Positions 48,663 to 58,439 of a DNA stretch of 64,000 bases are shown here, piece after piece. The notes below the pieces were generated by a model, which did not search any database, was not told the DNA's origin, and saw only the letters and a program-made list of their open reading frames with translations. The position numbers were made by a program, and so were the translations under genes. Each line of letters begins with the position of its first letter. Within the stretch, counting starts at the first letter, position 1. The stretch is taken from assembly GCA_036655355.1 (NCBI GenBank), contig JAVVQG010000016.1:35333-99332 (forward strand), written 5' to 3'. Source of the stretch: Bacteroidales bacterium. GTDB lineage: Bacteria; Bacteroidota; Bacteroidia; Bacteroidales; JAUNSR01.

Positions 48663-49988
48663 ATGAAAGAGCAGCCAAAAGTTGTCGACAAAAAATACCT
48701 TCTCTCTTTTATTTTGATTACCTCTCTCTTTGCGTTGTGGGGATTCGCCAATGACATCACCAATCCGATGGTTGCGGCTTTCCAAACCGTAATGGAGATA
48801 TCGGTAGCCAGAGCTTCATTGGTGCAATTCGCATTCTATGGAGGTTATGCTACGATGGCGATTCCCGCTGCGCTGTTTATCCAACGATACGGCTATAAAA
48901 GGGGACTGTTACTCGGCTTGGCACTCTATGCCATCGGAGCCTTTCTCTTTTGGCCGGCGGCATCCTATCAGCAATTTGAATTCTTTCTTATCTCGCTTTA
49001 TGTACTCACATTCGGGCTGGCTTTTCTTGAAACGACAGCCAATCCGGCTATTCTTTATTTGGGAGATCCCCGTACGGCAACGCGCCGTTTGAACTTGGCA
49101 CAAGCATTCAATCCGATGGGCTCCTTGTTTGGGATGTTTGTAGCATCGCAAGGGGTACTCACTTCTCTTGTTTCCGATAAGCAAAGAAACGAAGCGGGTG
49201 AGCTGATTTTTTCAACATTGCCCGAAGAGGCTCGATTGGCGATCCGCACACACGACCTCGAGGTGATTCGCACACCTTACATCGTATTGGGAATTGTGGT
49301 GGTGCTGATGTTCATCATCATCGCGTTCACGAAGATTCCCGCTACGGGAACTACCGGAAAGATAAAAACCAGAGATTCTTTTCTGCGTTTGGTTAAGAAT
49401 AAGAAATATGTGTATGGTGTGATCGCCCAAGTATTTTATGTGGCGGCACAAATTATGTGTTGGACCTTTATCATTCAGTATGCCGATCGTTTGGGAATCC
49501 CCAAAGCAGAGGCTCAGTTGTACAACATCGCCGCCATGACCTTGTTTTTAAGTAGCCGTTTCATCAGTACCTATCTGATGAAGTTTATCAATCCGGGTAA
49601 GATGTTGGCCCTTTTTGGTTGTGGAGCACTGATTACCGTAACCGGAACGATTCTTTTTACAAACATCATAGGCTTGTATTGTTTGGTAGCCACCTCGGCA
49701 TTCATGTCGCTGATGTTTCCAACCATCTACGGAATTGCGCTTAGTGATGTGGGTAAAGATGGGACGTTGGGAGCAGCCGGCTTGGTGATGGCTATCGTGG
49801 GGGGCGCATTGATGCCTCCTTTGCAAGGTGCCATTATCGACTTGGGCGTTGTGGGATCGTGGCCTGCCGTTAATTTCTCATTCATCCTTCCACTGATCTG
49901 TTTTATCGTTATCACTTCGTACGGATACGTAGCTTTTAATCGACTTTCTAGCAAAATTAAATTATATACAAATGAAGAAACATCCTAA
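48663..49988 (+). CDS. fucP: L-fucose:H+ symporter (MFS)
   Basis: 441 aa with about 12 TM. The FucP-like N-terminus is [23 protein letters not shown]. The 3' end overlaps fucI by 17 nt. Confidence 0.85.
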   Translation: MKEQPKVVDKKYLLSFILITSLFALWGFANDITNPMVAAFQTVMEISVARASLVQFAFYGGYATMAIPAALFIQRYGYKRGLLLGLALYAIGAFLFWPAASYQQFEFFLISLYVLTFGLAFLETTANPAILYLGDPRTATRRLNLAQAFNPMGSLFGMFVASQGVLTSLVSDKQRNEAGELIFSTLPEEARLAIRTHDLEVIRTPYIVLGIVVVLMFIIIAFTKIPATGTTGKIKTRDSFLRLVKNKKYVYGVIAQVFYVAAQIMCWTFIIQYADRLGIPKAEAQLYNIAAMTLFLSSRFISTYLMKFINPGKMLALFGCGALITVTGTILFTNIIGLYCLVATSAFMSLMFPTIYGIALSDVGKDGTLGAAGLVMAIVGGALMPPLQGAIIDLGVVGSWPAVNFSFILPLICFIVITSYGYVAFNRLSSKIKLYTNEETS

Positions 49989-51747
49989 AATTGGTATTCG
50001 CCCCACGATCGACGGGCGTCAAGGCGTACTCCAAGTACGTGAATCTTTAGAAGAACAAACCATGAACATGGCTCGGTCTGCAGCACGGCTGTTTACCGAA
50101 CATTTGAGATATTCAGACGGGACACCGGTAGAGGTGGTGATTGCAGATACCACCATCGGACGTGTACCCGAAGCAGCTGCTTGTGCCGAAAAATTCAGGA
50201 AAGAGGGCGTTGACATTACGCTTACCGTTACCCCGTGTTGGTGTTACGGCTCTGAAACGATGGATATGGATAAAAATACCATCAAGGGGGTTTGGGGTTT
50301 TAATGGAACCGAACGTCCCGGTGCAGTGTATCTGGCAGCTGTATTGGCAGCTCATGCACAGAAAGGACTTCCGGCATTTGGTATTTACGGACACGATGTG
50401 CAGGATGCCGACGACACTTCTATTCCGGCCGACGTACAGGATAAATTGTTGCGATTCGGACGCTCGGCGTTGGGCGTGGCACAAATGCGCGGTCAATCAT
50501 ACCTGCAGATCGGTTCAATCTGTATGGGAATCGCCGGCTCAATCATTGATTGCGATTTTATCGAGGAGTATCTCGGTATGCGTGTAGAATCGGTAGATGA
50601 GGTGGAGATCATTCGTCGTATGACGGAGGGTATATTCGATCCGGCCGAATTTGAGCGCGCATTGGCGTGGACGAAGTGTAAGTGTAAACAGGGATTTGAT
50701 AAGAATCCGGCGGAACTTCAAAAAAGTAACGAACAACTTGAGAAAGACTGGGAATTTGTGGTAAAGATGATGATCATCATCAAAGATTTGATGCAGGGAA
50801 ATCCGAATCTGCCGGCTGGATGTGAAGAGGAGCGATTGGGGCACAATGCCATTGCGGCCGGGTTTCAGGGACAGCGACAGTGGACCGATTTCTACCCGAA
50901 CGCCGATTATCCGGAAGCATTGCTGAATACCTCATTCGATTGGAACGGCGCGCGTGAACCTTTTATTCTCGCTACAGAAAACGATGTGCTCAACGGATTG
51001 GGGATGTTGTTTATGAAGCTCCTTACAAATCGCCCGCAGATGTTTGCCGATGTGCGCACTTATTGGAGTGGTGAAGCGGTAAGGAAGGCGACCGGTTATG
51101 AACTCGAAGGAAAAGCACGTGAGGCCGACGGTTTTATTCATCTCATCAATTCGGGTGCTTGTTGTTTGGATGCTTGTGGAGAAGCGCGCGACGAAGCAGG
51201 TGAAGGGGTGATCAAAGCGTGGTTTGACGTTTCGCCGGAAGATCAGGAACGTATTATGGAAGCGGTTGAATGGTGTGCTGCCGACAGCGGATATTTCCGT
51301 GGTGCAGGCTTCTCTTCCCGTTTTCTCACGCGTGCACAGATGCCGGTTACGATGATTCGTTTGAACCTGGTAAAAGGATTGGGACCTGTACTTCAGATTG
51401 CAGAGGGATGGACGCTCAACTTGCCGGAAGCTGTTTCGGATAAACTTTGGAAACGTACCGATTATACTTGGCCGTGTACTTGGTTTGCGCCTCGTATTAC
51501 CGGAAAAGGGCCGTTCCGTAGCGCTTATGATGTGATGAATAATTGGGGCGCGAATCACGGAGCCATCAGTTATGGTCATATCGGAGCCGATTTGATTACC
51601 ATGTGTTCCATATTACGCATCCCGGTTTGTATGCACAATGTGCCGGAAGAGAAAATATTCCGCCCTGCCGCATGGAATGCCTTTGGTATGGAGAAAGAGG
51701 GGCAGGATTATCGCGCTTGTAAGAATTATGGACCATTATATAAATAA
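49972..51747 (+). CDS. fucI: L-fucose isomerase
   Basis: 591 aa. The N-terminus [30 protein letters not shown] is near-colinear with enterobacterial FucI as I recall it. Confidence 0.93.
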   Translation: MKKHPKIGIRPTIDGRQGVLQVRESLEEQTMNMARSAARLFTEHLRYSDGTPVEVVIADTTIGRVPEAAACAEKFRKEGVDITLTVTPCWCYGSETMDMDKNTIKGVWGFNGTERPGAVYLAAVLAAHAQKGLPAFGIYGHDVQDADDTSIPADVQDKLLRFGRSALGVAQMRGQSYLQIGSICMGIAGSIIDCDFIEEYLGMRVESVDEVEIIRRMTEGIFDPAEFERALAWTKCKCKQGFDKNPAELQKSNEQLEKDWEFVVKMMIIIKDLMQGNPNLPAGCEEERLGHNAIAAGFQGQRQWTDFYPNADYPEALLNTSFDWNGAREPFILATENDVLNGLGMLFMKLLTNRPQMFADVRTYWSGEAVRKATGYELEGKAREADGFIHLINSGACCLDACGEARDEAGEGVIKAWFDVSPEDQERIMEAVEWCAADSGYFRGAGFSSRFLTRAQMPVTMIRLNLVKGLGPVLQIAEGWTLNLPEAVSDKLWKRTDYTWPCTWFAPRITGKGPFRSAYDVMNNWGANHGAISYGHIGADLITMCSILRIPVCMHNVPEEKIFRPAAWNAFGMEKEGQDYRACKNYGPLYK

Positions 51748-51764
51748 TTTAAATAGATAAAACG

Positions 51765-52400
51765 ATGATTACGAATCAACAGATTGAAACGTTTGTACGT
51801 CAAGCACACCGAGTAGGAAATGCCCACATGACTCAATGCAGTAGTGGTAATATTTCATGGCGTATCGGCAATGAGGCGCTCGTAACGGGTACCGGCTCAT
51901 GGGTTCCGGAACTGAAAGAGGAAAATGTGTCTATATGTGATATCGCCAGTGGGCAATCGGTGAACGGTGTAAAACCTTCAATGGAGAATATTTTCCATAT
52001 GGGTATCCTTCGGAATAGACCGGAGGTGAATGTGGTGCTGCACTTTCAATCGGAATACGCAACGGCAGTCTCTTGTATGAAAAATAAACCTACTAATTAC
52101 AATGTAACCGCTGAGGTGGTTTGCCATTTGGGCCCTGTGATTCCGGTAGTACCTTATTATCGTCCCGGTTCGATAGAACTAGCCAATGCCGTGATAGAGG
52201 CAATGATTGACCACGATGCTGTTTTGTTGACAAATCACGGTCAGGTAGTGTGTGGAAAAGATTTTAACGAAGCTTTTGAGCGGGCTACTTTCTTCGAAAT
52301 GGCTTGTCGGATCATTATTCAAAGTGGAGGGAACTATTCTGTATTGACCGAAGAGGAGATTAACGACTTGGAGGTATATGTGCTTGGAAAGAAAATCTAA
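51765..52400 (+). CDS. fucA: class II aldolase (L-fuculose-phosphate aldolase-like)
   Basis: 211 aa with the class II aldolase/adducin fold signature (SGNISWR, multiple His ligands). It is the last gene of the fuc operon. Confidence 0.8.
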   Translation: MITNQQIETFVRQAHRVGNAHMTQCSSGNISWRIGNEALVTGTGSWVPELKEENVSICDIASGQSVNGVKPSMENIFHMGILRNRPEVNVVLHFQSEYATAVSCMKNKPTNYNVTAEVVCHLGPVIPVVPYYRPGSIELANAVIEAMIDHDAVLLTNHGQVVCGKDFNEAFERATFFEMACRIIIQSGGNYSVLTEEEINDLEVYVLGKKI

Positions 52401-52421
52401 AGAGCTGTTTATTAAATGAGG

Positions 52422-52476
52422 AAGGTCTGTTTTCCTTTACCTGATTTTTTCGGTAAGGAGAACAGACCTTTCTTTT
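52422..52476 (+). terminator. rho-independent terminator after fucA
   Basis: AAGGTCTGTT (52422-52431) pairs with AACAGACCTT (52461-52470), followed by TCTTTT. Confidence 0.7.
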
Positions 52477-52520
52477 ATTATACAGATCTTTCTTCTATTA
52501 TACAGATCTTTCTTCTATAA
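52461..52520. repeat. three tandem 20-bp repeats
   Basis: AACAGACCTTTCTTTTATTA / TACAGATCTTTCTTCTATTA / TACAGATCTTTCTTCTATAA. The first unit doubles as the 3' arm of the fucA terminator. Confidence 0.85.
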
Positions 52521-52549
52521 GAATGTATAAGTAGCTATTTGCGTTGCTT

Positions 52550-53509
52550 TTAAGCTTTCAATCCTTCAAGGATTCTCTTTAAGACCGTCTGTGCGGAGAT
52601 CTCGCGATTCGCCGCTTCCTGAATTACGATCGATTGAGGTGATTCGATCACATCGTCACTAACGATCATATTTCGGCGAACCGGAAGGCAATGCATAAAG
52701 AAGGCGTTGTTTGTGAGCGCCATCTTTTCACTGTCGACGGTCCAAGCGCGATCTGAACAGAGTATTTTTCCATAATTCGGATCCCGATAAGCGGCCCAGT
52801 TTTTGGCATAGATGAAATCCGCTCCTTCGAATGCCTTTTGTTGGTCGTATTCTATTGTGGCGCCGTCTGTGAATGCTTCGTCGAGTTCATATCCCTCGGG
52901 ATGTGTGATCACCACTTCATATCCCGCTTCGATCGCCCATTGAGCAAACGAGTTCGGAACGGCCTGCGGCAATGCTTTGGGATGAGGAGCCCAGGTAAGT
53001 ACCACCTTCGGACGCTCTGTTTTCTTATGTTCTTCGATGGTAATCATGTCGGCAAAGGCCTGTAATGGATGTCCCGTAGCAGCTTCCATGCTGAATACCG
53101 GTCGACCTGAATATTTGATGAACTGGTTGATGATCATCTCGCAGTAGTCCTCCTCCTTGTTCTCAAATCGGGCGAATGCTCTAACGCCGATCACATCGCA
53201 ATAACATCCCATCACCGGAATTGCTTCCAGAAGATGTTCCGGTTTATCCCCGTCCATGATCACGCCCCGTTCCGTTTCAAGTTTCCAGGCACCCTGATTT
53301 ACATCTAGAACCATGACGTTCATGCCCAGATTCATGGCCGCTTTCTGTGTGCTCAGTCGGGTACGAAGACTTGAATTGAAGAAAATCATCAAGAGGGTCT
53401 TGTTCTTTCCCAATTCCTGATAATCGAATTTGTTCGCTTTCACTTCTAACGCCTCTTTGATGGCGTCTTGCAAGTTCCCCAGGTCTTTTACGGTTGTAAA
53501 GTTTCTCAT
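52550..53509 (-). CDS. argF': N-succinyl-L-ornithine carbamoyltransferase (Bacteroidetes-type argF')
   Basis: Motifs are FFNSSLRTRLS, KPEHLLEAIPVMGCYCD and FMHCLPVRRN. The sequence is near-colinear with the B. fragilis succinylornithine transcarbamylase as I recall it. The preferred start is MRNFTTVKDLG (53509); the longer ORF reaches 53539. Confidence 0.85.
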   Translation of the reverse strand: MRNFTTVKDLGNLQDAIKEALEVKANKFDYQELGKNKTLLMIFFNSSLRTRLSTQKAAMNLGMNVMVLDVNQGAWKLETERGVIMDGDKPEHLLEAIPVMGCYCDVIGVRAFARFENKEEDYCEMIINQFIKYSGRPVFSMEAATGHPLQAFADMITIEEHKKTERPKVVLTWAPHPKALPQAVPNSFAQWAIEAGYEVVITHPEGYELDEAFTDGATIEYDQQKAFEGADFIYAKNWAAYRDPNYGKILCSDRAWTVDSEKMALTNNAFFMHCLPVRRNMIVSDDVIESPQSIVIQEAANREISAQTVLKRILEGLKA

Positions 53510-53519
53510 CTTAGTAAAG

Positions 53520-54800
53520 TTATTTTGTAATCCATTCAATTTGTTTCTCTATAGCTTGGATACAAACGGGACAGAATGTCTCCACGCCGCCGAATTCCCG
53601 CATCAGACATTTCTGTACCGGGCGGTAAATTCCTTTTGTCATGTATCCGGCACCCTCGAAAAGTCCCACCTTCTGACGGTATTTCTCCTCTACAGGAGTG
53701 GGAACGGGAGTTTTTGCATCAATCATGTTTTTCCATTTCCGGTCAAAATCGACCAATGTGGTGATATTGGCTTCCCACGGCTCCACATCCAGCGGGTAGA
53801 GGTCTTCGGTGCTTCCATTGTCGGCGTACTCATCGCCGAGTCCGGTAAAAAGATGACCGAATTCATGTACGTGTACCTTTGCGGCGAGTCCCGGATTTGC
53901 CGATGCGCCGATTCCATAGAAATTATAGATACCCCCGCCGCCGTATTTGGTGGTATTGGAAAGGATGTAAATATAATCATAGGGAACCGTGCCGGCCAGA
54001 TCTTTTACCTTTTTATAATCGTATGTCATCTGATATCGTTCCGATCCGAAGGTGTAGAACCCGGCGTCCAGTACGGTATTGCTCCAGATACCTTCGCCCG
54101 GGATATCGGGTCCGCTATCTTTCGAGGGGGCCCAAACGCCGCGTACATTGAATTTCGTTCGATTGCTTTTATAAGGTTCAAAAGCGAAGATCGCTTCGGA
54201 GAATTCGCGACAATCTTTTTGGAATTGCTCGTACTGTCCCTCGGTATACCCTTCCGGTAAGATGACGATATCCACTTTTTTCGCGTAATGACCCGAATTG
54301 AATACCTCAAATGAAGTGTAGGGTTTTCGCTCTTTTCGGACGAATGGGGAGTTTACGGCGATATCGGTTTGAAAGACGGGTTGGTAAATACCTTTTCTGT
54401 TGCGGGAAAGGAACTCAATCCGGACATCCTCTTTGGGATAGGGCATTGTGAAAGATTCGGGAAAGGCCTTCGCGATCTGCGTAGCCTCGGGAATGGTACG
54501 CCACTCCTGGAAAAGTGAATTATGACCTTGCGAAAAGATCAACTCGCCGCTTTTCTTATCGTATACGTTTACGAAATGTTCTCCGCGAGCCGTGGTGTCG
54601 ATTAAGTTTACACGCGAACCGCCCCAGAAGGGTTCTTCGGCGAAGCCTTCGATAAAGATTTGTTCGGTGTTGTTTGTGCCGCACCGGTAATAGTCAAAGC
54701 GTAATGTTTTTGAATTAAAGTGGTTTTCAAATCCCTTTTGGGAAAAAAGTGAGGCTGCCGATAAGCAGCCTACACATAGCAAGGTTAACTTGTTTCTCAT
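53520..54800 (-). CDS. M64-family (IgA-peptidase-like) zinc metallopeptidase
   Basis: 426 aa with signal peptide MRNKLTLLCVGCLSAASLFSQ and zinc motif VHVHEFGHLFTGLGDEY. Confidence 0.75.
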   Translation of the reverse strand: MRNKLTLLCVGCLSAASLFSQKGFENHFNSKTLRFDYYRCGTNNTEQIFIEGFAEEPFWGGSRVNLIDTTARGEHFVNVYDKKSGELIFSQGHNSLFQEWRTIPEATQIAKAFPESFTMPYPKEDVRIEFLSRNRKGIYQPVFQTDIAVNSPFVRKERKPYTSFEVFNSGHYAKKVDIVILPEGYTEGQYEQFQKDCREFSEAIFAFEPYKSNRTKFNVRGVWAPSKDSGPDIPGEGIWSNTVLDAGFYTFGSERYQMTYDYKKVKDLAGTVPYDYIYILSNTTKYGGGGIYNFYGIGASANPGLAAKVHVHEFGHLFTGLGDEYADNGSTEDLYPLDVEPWEANITTLVDFDRKWKNMIDAKTPVPTPVEEKYRQKVGLFEGAGYMTKGIYRPVQKCLMREFGGVETFCPVCIQAIEKQIEWITK

Positions 54801-54821
54801 TATTATAAGGCGTTATTAAGA

Positions 54822-56072
54822 TTATCCGCGGGTTTGGCCATCTCCGTCGATCAGGTATTTGTACGAGGTGATCTCACGAAGCGCCATGGGTCCCCGGGCA
54901 TGAAGTTTTTGTGTACTGATGCCGATTTCCGCACCGAATCCAAACTGGGCTCCGTCTGTAAAAGCCGTAGATACATTGCAGTAAACGCAAGCCGCATCCA
55001 CCAGTTTACGGAACAGGGAAAGTGTTTGAGAATCTTCCGAAACGATCGCCTCGCTGTGTTTAGAGGAGTATCGTGCGATGTGTTTTAATGCATCCGTAAC
55101 GGTTGGAACTGTTTTCACCGACATCTTGTAAGAGAGAAATTCAGTACCGAAACTGGCTGTATCTGCCGCTTTCAGCAATTCCGCGGGATAATGTCCCTGC
55201 AGAGCGTCATATGCTTGCGGGTCGGCAAAGATAATCACATTGCTCTCTTTCAGCTTCTCGGTGAGTGCCGGCAGGTCATTCAATCGCTCCTCATGGATGA
55301 TCAGGCAATCGAGGGCATTGCAAACGCCTACGCGCCGGGTCTTCGCATTGTTAATGATTGCGGCTCCTTTCAGAACATCACCCGCTTTGTCAAAGTAGGT
55401 GTGACAGATACCGGCTCCGGTTTCAATCACCGGAATCGTGGCGTTTTCGCGTACGAAGTTTATCAGGGCACTGCTTCCGCGGGGAATCAGCAGGTCAACA
55501 TATCCCGATGCTTTCAACAGTTGGGCGGTAGCTTCGCGGTCGGCAGGCAACAGGGTACATACCGCAGGATCTATCTCGAAACGTTTTAATACGACATGAA
55601 TCACCCTGACGATGGCTTCATTGGAGAATTCAGCGTCGGATCCTCCTTTGAGGATACAGGCATTCGCCGTTTTGAAGCAAAGGGAGAATACATCGAAACT
55701 CACGTTGGGACGAGCCTCATAAATTACGCCGATCACACCGAACGGAACGCTCACTTTTCGGATCGTCATACCGTTGGGACGCACCGTCTCTTCAAGCACT
55801 TTGTTTAAAGGGGAGGGAAGAGAGGCTACGTTGCGGATATCATCGGCAATCGCTTTGATACGTTCGCCGTTCAGAAGCAGACGGTCGTACTTCGGATCGG
55901 ACGGCTCCATCCGCTCCAGGTCTTTGGCATTGGCGGAAAGAATGTCGATCGTATGCGCTTCGGCCGCATCTGCCAGAGCGAGTAATATTTCGTTGATGCG
56001 TGTGTCATCGAGCAAAAGTAGCTCCGATGAAGCTTCACGCGCCCGTGTCAATTGTGGAATTATTGTTTTCAT
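54822..56072 (-). CDS. proA: glutamate-5-semialdehyde dehydrogenase (gamma-glutamyl phosphate reductase)
   Basis: 416 aa with the ALDH-like catalytic Cys region [14 protein letters not shown]. It lies adjacent to proB. Confidence 0.92.
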   Translation of the reverse strand: MKTIIPQLTRAREASSELLLLDDTRINEILLALADAAEAHTIDILSANAKDLERMEPSDPKYDRLLLNGERIKAIADDIRNVASLPSPLNKVLEETVRPNGMTIRKVSVPFGVIGVIYEARPNVSFDVFSLCFKTANACILKGGSDAEFSNEAIVRVIHVVLKRFEIDPAVCTLLPADREATAQLLKASGYVDLLIPRGSSALINFVRENATIPVIETGAGICHTYFDKAGDVLKGAAIINNAKTRRVGVCNALDCLIIHEERLNDLPALTEKLKESNVIIFADPQAYDALQGHYPAELLKAADTASFGTEFLSYKMSVKTVPTVTDALKHIARYSSKHSEAIVSEDSQTLSLFRKLVDAACVYCNVSTAFTDGAQFGFGAEIGISTQKLHARGPMALREITSYKYLIDGDGQTRG

Positions 56073-56075
56073 CTT

Positions 56076-57161
56076 TTAATCGAGATAGAGGTAATCGTAA
56101 TGAACGAATGGTTTGGCACCTTTCGTTCCGGTCAAGGCGGCTGCTTTCAAGCTATCCACGGATATCTTGCCTACGCCGATCTGTTTTCCTCGGAAGTCGA
56201 AGATGCGTACGATATCATCGGTTTCGAAATCGCCTGCAATACGGGTAACGCCTACGGGCAGAATGCTGACTGCCTGTTCTCCCAAAACCGCTTCGGTTGC
56301 TCCTTCGTTCAGGTGAATCTCACCTTTGGCGAATCCTTCGGAGTGCGCGATCCATTTCTTCACGCTCGATACCGGCTTTTCGGAGGGAAGGAAACGGGTA
56401 CAGATCTGTTTGCTTCCCTTCTTAAGCAAGAGCGGAAGTATGTTGTCTGTTTTTCCATTGGCGATGATCACTTCGATACCCTCTTCGGCCACTTTTCGGG
56501 CGATGTTGTATTTGGTGATCATGCCGCCTCGCCCGAACGAAGAGCGTGAGGTTTGGATGTATGAGGAGATGTCGGTACGTCCCGTTTGAATTTCCCGGAT
56601 CACTTCGGAATCGGGATCTGATGGGTTTCCGGTATAAATACCGTCGATATTACTTAGAATGATCAACGCATCGGCTCCCATCATGGTCGCGATCAGCCCC
56701 GAGAGTTCATCGTTGTCTGTAAACATCAGTTCGGTTACCGAGATCGTGTCGTTTTCATTTACGATCGGAATTACTTTTTCATCGAGCATTACCTCCATGC
56801 AGTTTTTTTGGTTGAGGTAATGGCGGCGTGACCCGAAATTCTCTTTCGTGGTCAGTACCTGTCCGCAGGCAATACCGTGATCGCGGAACAGTTCATAATA
56901 GCGGTTGATGAGTTTGGCTTGTCCGACAGCCGAAAAAAGTTGTCGTGCGGAAACGGAGTCAAGTTTACGGTTTACCTTCACTTCGCTGCGACCAGAGGCT
57001 ACGGCTCCCGATGAGATCAGGATCACCTCTACGCCGGCTTTGTGCAGTTCGGCAACCTGATCGCTCAGGGCGGACATTCGCGTGAAGTCTAACGTGCCGT
57101 CTTTTCGGGTCAGTACATTGCTTCCGATTTTAACCGCGATACGTTTGAATCGATAAGACAT
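56076..57161 (-). CDS. proB: glutamate 5-kinase (with C-terminal PUA domain)
   Basis: 361 aa with the amino-acid-kinase N-terminus RIAVKIGSNVLT and SSGAVASG, and a C-terminal PUA-like region. Confidence 0.92.
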   Translation of the reverse strand: MSYRFKRIAVKIGSNVLTRKDGTLDFTRMSALSDQVAELHKAGVEVILISSGAVASGRSEVKVNRKLDSVSARQLFSAVGQAKLINRYYELFRDHGIACGQVLTTKENFGSRRHYLNQKNCMEVMLDEKVIPIVNENDTISVTELMFTDNDELSGLIATMMGADALIILSNIDGIYTGNPSDPDSEVIREIQTGRTDISSYIQTSRSSFGRGGMITKYNIARKVAEEGIEVIIANGKTDNILPLLLKKGSKQICTRFLPSEKPVSSVKKWIAHSEGFAKGEIHLNEGATEAVLGEQAVSILPVGVTRIAGDFETDDIVRIFDFRGKQIGVGKISVDSLKAAALTGTKGAKPFVHYDYLYLD

Positions 57162-57199
57162 AAGAGAAATAATAAATAGTGGTTAATAGATTCCTGTGT

Positions 57200-57739
57200 T
57201 TACGAATCTGATCGGAGGGGAAATAATTCCGCTCTCAGAATACTCATTAAACAGGTGTTCATTAATTGGCCATCCTTAAAAGCTGCATTCCGCAAGATAC
57301 CCTCTTGTTTGAATCCGGCTTTTTGAAGGACTTTGATTGATTGGAGATTCTCCTCGATGACCTGACAGTGAATACGTACCAGATCGAAATTCTCAAAGGC
57401 GAACCGGGTCATTTTCTGTATGGCACGATGCATGATACCTTTTCCCCAATGGTTTTTTCCGAGAAAGAAGCCCAATTCGGCATCCAATCGGAAAATATCA
57501 TCCTTTGGGGTAAGCGAGATCGAACCTACGACTTCGTCATTTACCACGATTGCTTTGGCCAATTTGTTTTCACAACAATTCGTCATACCGATGAATACCC
57601 GGGCGTGTCTGATCGTGTATGGAAACGGAATGGTTTCACCTAAATAACGAACTACTTCCGGGTGGTTCAGATTGGTTGCAAGAGCGGCGGCATCCGAAGG
57701 CTTCCAGTCTCTGATAACGATATCGTCTGCTGATGTCAT
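57200..57739 (-). CDS. GNAT family N-acetyltransferase (RimJ/RimL-like)
   Basis: The acetyl-CoA-binding region is HWGKGIMHRAIQKMTRFAF. The preferred start is MTSADDIVIRDW (57739); the longest ORF reaches 57814. Confidence 0.75.
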   Translation of the reverse strand: MTSADDIVIRDWKPSDAAALATNLNHPEVVRYLGETIPFPYTIRHARVFIGMTNCCENKLAKAIVVNDEVVGSISLTPKDDIFRLDAELGFFLGKNHWGKGIMHRAIQKMTRFAFENFDLVRIHCQVIEENLQSIKVLQKAGFKQEGILRNAAFKDGQLMNTCLMSILRAELFPLRSDS

Positions 57740-57842
57740 ACCTAAAAATTTTATGTTAAAACGCCAAGGCATGGTCCCGTTTATAGAAACGAGTGATCCA
57801 CGACTTGGCGTCAAACATAAATGTACTATTAATTATGGAAAA

Positions 57843-58280
57843 TTACTCCACAATGCCATTATTTCTTAGCATTTCCTTGTATTCTACCCACTCAGGGTCT
57901 TCGATTCTACCAATTTGTAATGGTAACTGTTCGTATTCATCCAATACCTTGTGAAGAATCATGGCGAATTTTTCAATATCGCTTGTATAGAAAACCATGA
58001 AGAATCTTGAGCGTCCGGTATGGGTTGCGGTCATGTATCCGATACCCTCTTTCTCCTCCGCATCCGACAATTTAAATGCAATCTCGTTCATGAACTTGTC
58101 CTGCTCCTCAGTCGGCATGCCGGCATTCGAAATAGGTTTGTATTCCCACTCGATCTCAATACGTTCCGGATATTTTCCGCTTTCCTGAATCTCTTTCAGA
58201 TCTCTGCGGCCACGTGTAATTATTTCCTGACCTTCCAGTTCAGAAGTACTTACGAACCAATTTTTTTCGACCTCTCTCAT
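57843..58280 (-). CDS. hypothetical protein, DUF695/RraB-like by recollection
   Basis: 145-aa ORF with good coding appearance and no catalytic motif recognised. The family assignment comes from memory of the pattern W...G..I..R....P.RIEI.W.Y....GMP. Confidence 0.45.
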   Translation of the reverse strand: MREVEKNWFVSTSELEGQEIITRGRRDLKEIQESGKYPERIEIEWEYKPISNAGMPTEEQDKFMNEIAFKLSDAEEKEGIGYMTATHTGRSRFFMVFYTSDIEKFAMILHKVLDEYEQLPLQIGRIEDPEWVEYKEMLRNNGIVE

Positions 58281-58439
58281 AACAGAATCAATTTATAAAT
58301 ATTTGTTTGTTTAGATATAGTATCCGATGCAAATATCGCTATAAATCTAACAACATAGGAGAAGATTGGTTCGCCGTTAACGTTTCTATTAATTTCATCG
58401 TTAACGTTACGATGCCTCTGAACGATGAGTGCTCATTCA

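Noticed and set aside
53430-54260. A 276-aa + strand ORF antisense to the M64 peptidase and argF' genes.
   Set aside because: It has no motifs and spans the junction of two well-supported minus-strand genes, so I treat it as a shadow ORF.
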